Origin: a virus | Taxonomy: Duplodnaviria; Caudoviricetes | Direction: 5' to 3' (one strand) | Length of the DNA: 64,000 nucleotides | IMG/VR virus record: IMGVR_UViG_3300028392_002123 | Shown: in pieces, positions 18,874 to 25,913 of the stretch | Layout: each line of letters begins with the position of its first letter | Numbering within the stretch: position 1 is the first letter of the stretch | Notes under the pieces: generated by a model | Told to the model about the DNA's origin: nothing | The model's input: the letters and a program-made list of their open reading frames with translations, nothing else | The model's database searches: none | Position numbers and translations under genes: made by a program

Positions 18874-20798
18874 CTGCTGGCCACCTTAATAGGTTCTCCT
18901 GGCTTGACATGCATGGCGGCCTGCCAATCTCGTGCTTTTTGTTCACGATTTTTTTGTCCTTTTAAGCCAGGATTAATATTCTTTGTAACTTGTTTTGTAT
19001 TGTTAAAACTCTTAGTTCTAGGTCTAACAAACTGTATCCAATACCATATACTGCTCAGCGCGGCCGCTGTGGGTGTGGCCACTATTTCAGGTTTGGCAAC
19101 AAAATCCACAGGATGATTAATAAATTTAGAAATCCACTCTCCGGCTTTTTGATAATTATATTTTCCAGTTAACTGCAAATATCCTCGGCCATGATATTTT
19201 GCGCCATCGCCGGGTTTGTCGTTGCCCAATATTTTGGCCTTGGCTGGATTAAATCTTATATCATATTTCTTTGCAAATTGTTCAGGAGTGCCATATTCAT
19301 TCATGGTGTTAAAGTTATCACTTTCATGAGCACACTGAGCCATAAATGCCGCTAACTCTGCGGGATTTTTAATAAATTGTTTGGCCCATTTTAATAAAAA
19401 ATCTACCTTGGGATTATTAGCCACGGACTGTGGTTTAGTATCTGTTTTTGCCTGTGCGCCCAAGGCGCTTACTGTGGCGCCTCCGGCCATGCCTTTAAGG
19501 AATCCTCTGCGATCAATGTCTTCCCCTACATCTTGTTTTATTCTTACTAGGTCAAATCCAATATGGTCACCGGTATCATGTACATTTTTTAATTGATATC
19601 CCCAGGATGTAGCATAACGTTGAAGTAACTTTGAATATAAACTAATTCTACTGTCTTTTCCTTGTTCTTCGCCTTTGGCGCCGGTAAATGATATAAATCT
19701 CGGCTGTTCTTTTGTCGTTAGAAATTCTTGTATGGCACTTAATACTGTGGCAAAGATTCTCTGTGAATCACCGTCGCCAGTTGCATCTTGACTATTGTTT
19801 CTCCAAAATTCAACGGTGTACACATCATCATCTTCTTTATTGAACATGATACTTAAATTAGAACCGTCTGGTAATTTAGTATACGCATCGTGGTCACCAA
19901 ACTCCCCGTGTTCCCATTGAAGCGGATAGGGCTGATTAAAGGCTTCCTCCAGACTTTCAGGAGTCCAGGCCATGTTTTTACTGCCCTTGACTGTGGGTTT
20001 GAATCCCTGTCCCTTATAGAATTTTGTCAGTTTGGCCTGGCTTACCTGTCCTTTGTCCCAGGGATATAGTGTAAGACTTATATTATCTTCTCGGGCCAGC
20101 CGCTGTAGTTCCGCCATGGCGCGAGTACCCACTCCTTGACGCAGAGGATATGCTTGAAACCATTTGACTTCCACAGCATCTTTTTTGCTCATGCTGGGCA
20201 CTAGATCAAACATGGCAAACTGTTGTTGTTCACCTTCGCCCCATACCATAATATGATTATTTTGAAATGTATGCGGATACAAGTCATAGACCTTTTTAAT
20301 CCAGTCTTTGGCACGTTGAGGTACTGTTAGTTTTATAGTGTCTTCGGCTACATCATGATTCAGCGAATTTGCCAACTGAGATATAGGAACTCCCGCGGCC
20401 TTGTAACCACGTGCTATACGAGCAATATAAGTTTTACGAGGTCTAGTGCCTTCTAAGTGTTCTCTAGTCGCCGGAGTCATAGTGTACAATTCTGCTACAA
20501 CTTTATTGCCGTCAACGTATACTGGCACAGTTTTTCTATCATATAAATGAGGATAACCTTCTGTACGATCTAGTTCGGCCAACATATTTCTGTCCAAGGC
20601 CCATAGTACTCCTACAACTTCTTGACCTGCTTCGGGACGCACATTAGCATATTGAAACATTTCATATTCAAAGTTTTTAAGCACAGCGGTGCCTACAAAA
20701 TCAGCACCACGCATTATCTTAGGATCTGTTAGCATGCCATATGCAAAATAGTATATGGGTACTGCACCTGCTTCTATTAGAAAATCACTGGCTTTCAT
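18870..20798 (-). CDS. Mosaic protein: gamma-glutamylcyclotransferase-like, GNAT, unknown module, and Tat-signal GH19 muramidase/chitinase-like domain
   Basis: YFAYGML..LDRTEGYP (GGCT), PLRQGVGTRAM..KFYKGQGF (GNAT), AAFMAQCAHES..YHGRGYLQLTGKYNY (GH19). Linkers VAE, LEE and VGE. Start MKASDFLIE with ATGA overlap. Confidence 0.75.
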   Translation of the reverse strand: MKASDFLIEAGAVPIYYFAYGMLTDPKIMRGADFVGTAVLKNFEYEMFQYANVRPEAGQEVVGVLWALDRNMLAELDRTEGYPHLYDRKTVPVYVDGNKVVAELYTMTPATREHLEGTRPRKTYIARIARGYKAAGVPISQLANSLNHDVAEDTIKLTVPQRAKDWIKKVYDLYPHTFQNNHIMVWGEGEQQQFAMFDLVPSMSKKDAVEVKWFQAYPLRQGVGTRAMAELQRLAREDNISLTLYPWDKGQVSQAKLTKFYKGQGFKPTVKGSKNMAWTPESLEEAFNQPYPLQWEHGEFGDHDAYTKLPDGSNLSIMFNKEDDDVYTVEFWRNNSQDATGDGDSQRIFATVLSAIQEFLTTKEQPRFISFTGAKGEEQGKDSRISLYSKLLQRYATSWGYQLKNVHDTGDHIGFDLVRIKQDVGEDIDRRGFLKGMAGGATVSALGAQAKTDTKPQSVANNPKVDFLLKWAKQFIKNPAELAAFMAQCAHESDNFNTMNEYGTPEQFAKKYDIRFNPAKAKILGNDKPGDGAKYHGRGYLQLTGKYNYQKAGEWISKFINHPVDFVAKPEIVATPTAAALSSIWYWIQFVRPRTKSFNNTKQVTKNINPGLKGQKNREQKARDWQAAMHVKPGEPIKVASR

Positions 20799-21250
20799 TT
20801 TCCATAGCCCCAATGCTTTTTGCCATTTTTACGGTGCTTTTTAGATTTCTTAATTATTTGATCTGGTTCACCAAAGTCTACTTTAATCACACGACCAGTC
20901 TTGGGATTCTTTGTATAGACTTTAATTTTTTCTTTTTTCTCAATGACAGTTTCTTCACCCATGTGTTTAAAATACTGTACTTCTCGTTCACGCTTTTCAG
21001 CACCAGCATGAGTAGGATACTTACCCAAATTTTTACCAGTTTTTTTGCTTTTTAATTCCCAGCCACCTTTGACTTTGACAATATGTTCTAGCAGAGTCAT
21101 GTCATTTCCCGGAGATTCGACTATGTATGTTGCTATATGAGTTGTTTTATTGATGCCAACAATAACTGTTTCGACAATAGTGCCGTTTATGTTAAATTCT
21201 AAAATATCGCCAATTTCTGGCTGGCCAGTATCAACTTCGTTTAATCGCAT
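20795..21250 (-). CDS. Small basic mosaic protein, possible head-internal protein
   Basis: Starts MRLNE at 21250, downstream of the terminator/TAAATA element. Lys-rich modules follow LLE and GEE. Confidence 0.55.
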   Translation of the reverse strand: MRLNEVDTGQPEIGDILEFNINGTIVETVIVGINKTTHIATYIVESPGNDMTLLEHIVKVKGGWELKSKKTGKNLGKYPTHAGAEKREREVQYFKHMGEETVIEKKEKIKVYTKNPKTGRVIKVDFGEPDQIIKKSKKHRKNGKKHWGYGK

Positions 21251-21253
21251 AAT

Positions 21254-21287
21254 AAAAAAACCCTTGCTAGTATTATTTAGCAAGGGT
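21254..21287 (-). terminator. Rho-independent terminator with a TAAATA box embedded
   Basis: Perfect 10-bp stem ACCCTTGCTA/TAGCAAGGGT with 8-nt loop, followed by a T-run on the minus strand. TAAATA at 21279-21274. Confidence 0.75.
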
Positions 21288-21315
21288 CTGCGAGTTTAAA
21301 ATAATCTGTTAGATA

Positions 21316-21588
21316 TTATTTTTTAGCTGTAGTTTGATAAGCTTTTAGCACGGCTTCGCCAAATTTAACATAGTCAAACTTAACGGCATTTTGATATGCT
21401 TCGTTGGCCTTTGTAGACAAAGTTGTAACTGTGTCTGTGCCTAGCTTAAACATATTTTTTGTATAATTGGTTTCGGTTTCAACCAAGTTGATCAAAGATT
21501 CTTTAACGGAATCATTGGTAACAAAAGTATTAACTAATTGTTTTTTACCGTTTTGTACGGTGTCGATAACTGAGTCTGCTGTAAACAT
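21316..21588 (-). CDS. Phasin-like protein
   Basis: 90-aa amphipathic helical ORF (MFTADSVIDTVQNGKKQLVNTFV) resembling phage phasin-family annotations recalled from memory. Confidence 0.45.
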   Translation of the reverse strand: MFTADSVIDTVQNGKKQLVNTFVTNDSVKESLINLVETETNYTKNMFKLGTDTVTTLSTKANEAYQNAVKFDYVKFGEAVLKAYQTTAKK

Positions 21589-21709
21589 AATGTTCTCCTT
21601 AATTAAGCAAGTTTAATAATATGACTCTATCTTAGACGTCATTGTTTATTATAACATTACTTATGCGGCAATGCAACATTTTATCAGTAGAAATACTAGT
21701 GTTTGGTCA

Positions 21710-22111
21710 CTAATTTTTGTGTAAATCAATCAAAATCTGTTTGACAACATCTTTGCCCAACGGATCTTTGCGCTTGACGCTACGGCAAAGAGCACTGAAC
21801 CATACCCTGGCCGCTGTTTCCGGACTGTGCTCGTTGTCATCTATTTGATCATCATCTAGATAACTGGAAAATTTATTGATATACGCTTGGTGCAATCTAA
21901 GTTTAACGCTGTCGCCCACAGGAACCTGATTATTAACTTTAAGCAGGATAACAATGGCAGTGGCTTGATCCATTAGTTCGTCGTTCCATACAAAAGTATC
22001 GCCGGCTACATGCGCTGGCCTACCGCTGAGTTTACTGATCAACTTGGCTTCATTGACATTAGTAGCCAAGATCTGTGTGGTCGAATTCATAGTTAATATC
22101 CTCTTTGTCAA
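21710..22111 (-). CDS. Hypothetical protein
   Basis: ORF track. The start may be downstream (22090). Confidence 0.5.
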   Translation of the reverse strand: MTKRILTMNSTTQILATNVNEAKLISKLSGRPAHVAGDTFVWNDELMDQATAIVILLKVNNQVPVGDSVKLRLHQAYINKFSSYLDDDQIDDNEHSPETAARVWFSALCRSVKRKDPLGKDVVKQILIDLHKN

Positions 22112-22673
22112 TGATTTCTAAAAATTTATCGGGATCCATGACATATCCATAACCCACATATTTGGCATATCTTGCAAGAAAAGCTTTGCTGTCAAAGTAA
22201 TTTAAACACAGTCTATGATTACGTGCATCGTCGATGCCCGGTCCGTATACCGTTAGATCTTTGTGTACAGCCACTTGACAGCAGGTAAAATCAAAAGCGG
22301 CAAACACTGAATCTAAGTTGGGATAATAAGCACGTCTGATCAACTGCACTTTATGATCGCCCACTTGATAAGTTGTGGCATTTGCGCTGGCAAAAGTTTC
22401 GTAGAGCCCGTTGCCGAAATCTTTGATGAGTCTTGTTTCAAGTTCTTCAAACTGTGCTCGACTACTAAACCAAACATCAATGTCTGCAAAATTTCTTTCG
22501 CCCAAGGCCAATTGTCGGCCTGCACCACCTGCAATCCACGGCCCGAATTGGGGCGCGGCATGTTCTAATATTACATCAACAATGTTCTCTAGGGTGGGTT
22601 TTCTTTTTGGTGTTGAATGTGGGTTATCGGCAAGCCAGTTATCAATGGCATTATTGAGTTGATCGAAATTCAT
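22059..22673 (-). CDS. Pol-beta-superfamily nucleotidyltransferase (CCA-adding/poly(A) polymerase head-like)
   Basis: WIAGGAGR..ADIDVWF (GG...DxD) and FDFTCCQ motifs. Confidence 0.7.
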   Translation of the reverse strand: MNFDQLNNAIDNWLADNPHSTPKRKPTLENIVDVILEHAAPQFGPWIAGGAGRQLALGERNFADIDVWFSSRAQFEELETRLIKDFGNGLYETFASANATTYQVGDHKVQLIRRAYYPNLDSVFAAFDFTCCQVAVHKDLTVYGPGIDDARNHRLCLNYFDSKAFLARYAKYVGYGYVMDPDKFLEIIDKEDINYEFDHTDLGY

Positions 22674-22803
22674 TTTTCTTTATCAAATAATATAGTTTAA
22701 CATAGTAAGCGAACTGCCGGGGGTGGTGCTCAAAGTTGGGTAAACTGTCTCCAAACATTACCACCATTTCATTGTAAATTTTTAATATTTCATCATTAGT
22801 CAT
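22651..22803 (-). CDS. Small hypothetical protein
   Basis: MTNDEILKIY...; start moved to 22803 to limit the overlap with uvsE. Confidence 0.45.
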   Translation of the reverse strand: MTNDEILKIYNEMVVMFGDSLPNFEHHPRQFAYYVKLYYLIKKNEFRSTQ

Positions 22804-23812
22804 TGAGCATATTTGCAAGACTAAAACTAGCAAGGTTTTTGCCTTTACTTTCACACATAATATCTGCCCATTCGTTATGGGTCAGGGCCCAACGATTAAC
22901 AGCATCATTCCAATAAAAATTGCTGTGCGCTCGTAGCTTGCCTTTTTTATAGCCACTTTCCATCAAGGATGTAAGAGCGGGTAGCTGTGATCCGGAATGG
23001 CCGACAAGTACATCTTCCCTACTAACGGAATAGTGTATAGTAGGCCTAACGCCGCGCCAACTATCAATAACCTTTTTAATACGATCATCAGTGTTTTCAA
23101 TATATTCTCCAGTTTTAATCCAATGATGGTGAATATCAAGTACCAAGGCACAAGTATCTACCAATTCTAAACTATCTTCAATGCCCCAGGAAATTTCGTC
23201 GTTCTCAATGGTAAGACAATTACGTGCTTCTACACTGAGACGTTTATGTGCCGCCCTAATGCCTGCTGGCCCACGTCTTCCGGCGATATGTACATTAATC
23301 TTAAAGTCCTGGAACGACTTTCCGTATCCCATCCAGCGAACCATATCCGCATGATATTCAAACTCCTCTATACTACGTTCAACTATTTGATCAGATTCGC
23401 TAGCCAAGACGCAAAACTGCCCAGGATGAAAACTAAGCTTGACGCCATTAGACTTAGCACTCCCGCCAATGACGCCAAAATTTCTGCTACAATAATCAAC
23501 AACATCAGGCCTACGCCAAAAATAACTCCAACTGGGTTCGGTATAAGCAGGTAAAATATCACTGCTAAGACGAACCATCCTAAGATTTTCTTCAAGATTT
23601 CCTACCTTTTCAACTAGCAAACGTGTTGCTTCTATGTTCTGGACCATTAAGTCCCATAGCTTTTGTTCAGCAACTTCTTTAGTTTGCCTATTTAGCCATG
23701 TGATAGTGGTCGTACCAGTATTGTACTTTTTACAATCGTCCTTGGGTTTAATCCCATTGACCTGTGCAGGATGATCAATCCATTTGCAAGCGAAACCAAC
23801 TTTTTTAGTCAT
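22796..23812 (-). CDS. uvsE: UV DNA damage repair endonuclease
   Basis: GFAC, VRLSSDILP, LSFHPGQF, LTIENDE, VLDIHHH, HYS and DIMCESKGK motifs. Confidence 0.9.
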   Translation of the reverse strand: MTKKVGFACKWIDHPAQVNGIKPKDDCKKYNTGTTTITWLNRQTKEVAEQKLWDLMVQNIEATRLLVEKVGNLEENLRMVRLSSDILPAYTEPSWSYFWRRPDVVDYCSRNFGVIGGSAKSNGVKLSFHPGQFCVLASESDQIVERSIEEFEYHADMVRWMGYGKSFQDFKINVHIAGRRGPAGIRAAHKRLSVEARNCLTIENDEISWGIEDSLELVDTCALVLDIHHHWIKTGEYIENTDDRIKKVIDSWRGVRPTIHYSVSREDVLVGHSGSQLPALTSLMESGYKKGKLRAHSNFYWNDAVNRWALTHNEWADIMCESKGKNLASFSLANMLND

Positions 23813-23832
23813 AGTGTATTGTACACTATATT

Positions 23833-24210
23833 TTAATTATTGTCAATAAAAGATTTATAAATAACCCATTTTCCCGAACAATATTCGTGGGCACCTTTGT
23901 GTACTTTCCAATTTATTTTGGACAGCATAGATTCGGTATTACCGTAGGTAAAAGTTATTTCTGCTTGGTCCCCGGCCATCAATTTATTTCTAAACTTGGA
24001 ATCCAACATCACACTCATTGCCTGCTTTGAGTCTTGAATAAATTCGATGCCAATTGGTGTTTGAGTAAGCCATTGGGGTAACATACTAAGAATGAAGCCA
24101 CCTTGAACAACACCCTGTACGCTGTGTATAGGTCCGTTATCTCCGGTTAATTTACCAAAATTATCCACTTGTTCTTTGGTAAAACTTAGGGGTACAGTGG
24201 CAGTCTTCAT
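23833..24210 (-). CDS. MaoC-like hotdog dehydratase
   Basis: FGKLTGDNGPIH and VVQGGF motifs. Confidence 0.65.
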   Translation of the reverse strand: MKTATVPLSFTKEQVDNFGKLTGDNGPIHSVQGVVQGGFILSMLPQWLTQTPIGIEFIQDSKQAMSVMLDSKFRNKLMAGDQAEITFTYGNTESMLSKINWKVHKGAHEYCSGKWVIYKSFIDNN

Positions 24211-24238
24211 AACTGTATTTAAATTAACAGTTCTTAAA

Positions 24239-24808
24239 TCAACGAATAAATTTATAGCCCATGCGTTCTATTTGTTCTAGAACGAATTCCACTGTCTTGC
24301 TGTGATCCTTTTTGTAGGGACCACTGAGTGCTTCCCAAGGGCGAAGTGCAGGATGTGTTTTAGCACTTTCATCTAATCTCATACCAAAATTCCAACCTTC
24401 GGAGACCATAGTATCAACCCAACGTTGATGTTGCCACTTGTTGTAATTTTCCGATATTTGTTTTCTATCTTCACCATTGAGTTTTAAATCAACGAATTCA
24501 AAAGATTCATCAATGATACCCATGCTACTTTCTATGTCAAAGTCATCGTCGGGAAACATTTCTTCGCAGGCCAAGGCCAGTTCGTCTCCGACATCTGCGG
24601 TAATGTCATCTTCTAGTCTAATGTCATAGCAATGTTGATAGCCATCATTGTTTTCATCATCTAAATGATAAAGAACTACTACGTCGTCATCGTCTGGTTC
24701 AACGTCTGCATATTCTTCCACCATGGTAATGAAATCACGTACTTCCTCGGAAGAAAGTACGCGACTTAAACAGATTCTAAAATAATGTTCGAATTCTTCT
24801 ATTTCCAT
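24239..24808 (-). CDS. Acidic protein with C-terminal RyR domain
   Basis: HQRW..EGWNFG..D..KTHPALRPWEAL pattern typical of RyR domains. Confidence 0.7.
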   Translation of the reverse strand: MEIEEFEHYFRICLSRVLSSEEVRDFITMVEEYADVEPDDDDVVVLYHLDDENNDGYQHCYDIRLEDDITADVGDELALACEEMFPDDDFDIESSMGIIDESFEFVDLKLNGEDRKQISENYNKWQHQRWVDTMVSEGWNFGMRLDESAKTHPALRPWEALSGPYKKDHSKTVEFVLEQIERMGYKFIR

Positions 24809-24819
24809 GTGTGTACTTA

Positions 24820-25488
24820 TTAGGCCGCACCAGCAACCTTCTCTTTAGTACGACCATAAGCCGCAATACCAAGAACAGCACCCATGGCCACGTGGAATAG
24901 TCCGGCACCTTGCAGGGTCAGTGGTTGCCATTGATTGGTAACACTACCATGACTTAGTGCTTGTAACACACTCCATAAAATTGGAAATATAGTAAAGTCG
25001 CAGACACAGACCATCATGTACATCCAACCCATAACTGGACGCCATTTTTTGTTGATCCAATCTGTGTTGTCATTGGCCACTAAAACATCTGCACCCTGTG
25101 CGGCATTACTGCCGGCCGCAGTTAAATTTTGTTGTTGTTGAGGTACCCCATTGTTTGCCACGCTGCCACCAAATCCTGTGGAGCTACCTGTGCCAAAGCC
25201 ACCGGTTGATCCGGAGTTGCTTGACCCAAACGCTGACGTTCCAGTTCCTGTACTATTACCAAAGCCGGTGCCAGCGCCAAAGCCTCCTGCTGACGGTTGG
25301 CCAAATGCTGAAGCGCCGCTTGGTGCGCTGGGTGTTGTTGACGTTGCATTACTTGATCCTCCTAGTGAGCTGTAATCAGTTGTAGGAACAGTACCCGAAT
25401 AAGAAGATTGTTTAATCTGTGGTAACTTAGAGTGATCTAAGTTAGGATCATCTTTTGGATCACTGTCATCATCATTCATTCTTGCCAT
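24820..25488 (-). CDS. Holin-like (3TM/GTA-type) membrane protein with Gly/Ser/Phe low-complexity N-terminus
   Basis: DWINKKWRPVMGW and LGIAAYGRTKEK motifs with two hydrophobic segments. Confidence 0.55.
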   Translation of the reverse strand: MARMNDDDSDPKDDPNLDHSKLPQIKQSSYSGTVPTTDYSSLGGSSNATSTTPSAPSGASAFGQPSAGGFGAGTGFGNSTGTGTSAFGSSNSGSTGGFGTGSSTGFGGSVANNGVPQQQQNLTAAGSNAAQGADVLVANDNTDWINKKWRPVMGWMYMMVCVCDFTIFPILWSVLQALSHGSVTNQWQPLTLQGAGLFHVAMGAVLGIAAYGRTKEKVAGAA

Positions 25489-25498
25489 TTTTTATTCC

Positions 25499-25903
25499 TT
25501 AATCTATTACCCGTTGTAATGTTATATAGATACTGTATGTAGCACTAGTTGCACTACCTATCTTACAAACGATATTCAAAGATTGACCATCTGAACTAAG
25601 TTCAATGTCTCCATCAAAGTCTTCTTCAAATATATCTTCTATTTTAGTAATATTGTTGCCAGCAATAGTTCCTCGTTGTTGTTTAGCAAAACGTTTACCT
25701 GTTGAATCAACTGCCAGTACTTTCATATCATAAAATTCTGTGCCAGCTATTTTAATATTACCTTCAAATCTGTCTCCGGCTGATGCATCTGCGCCGTTGC
25801 ATACAGCAGTGAGAACAACTTGCCTTGCGCTGGTAGCAAAGCCTGCGCCAACTTCAAAAGCATTTGATGTAGTTCCTGATATATTATTAAATTGTTTAGT
25901 CAT
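25499..25903 (-). CDS. Hypothetical virion protein
   Basis: Beta-rich ORF co-transcribed with fibre genes. Confidence 0.45.
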   Translation of the reverse strand: MTKQFNNISGTTSNAFEVGAGFATSARQVVLTAVCNGADASAGDRFEGNIKIAGTEFYDMKVLAVDSTGKRFAKQQRGTIAGNNITKIEDIFEEDFDGDIELSSDGQSLNIVCKIGSATSATYSIYITLQRVID

Positions 25904-25913
25904 AGGTTATCCA

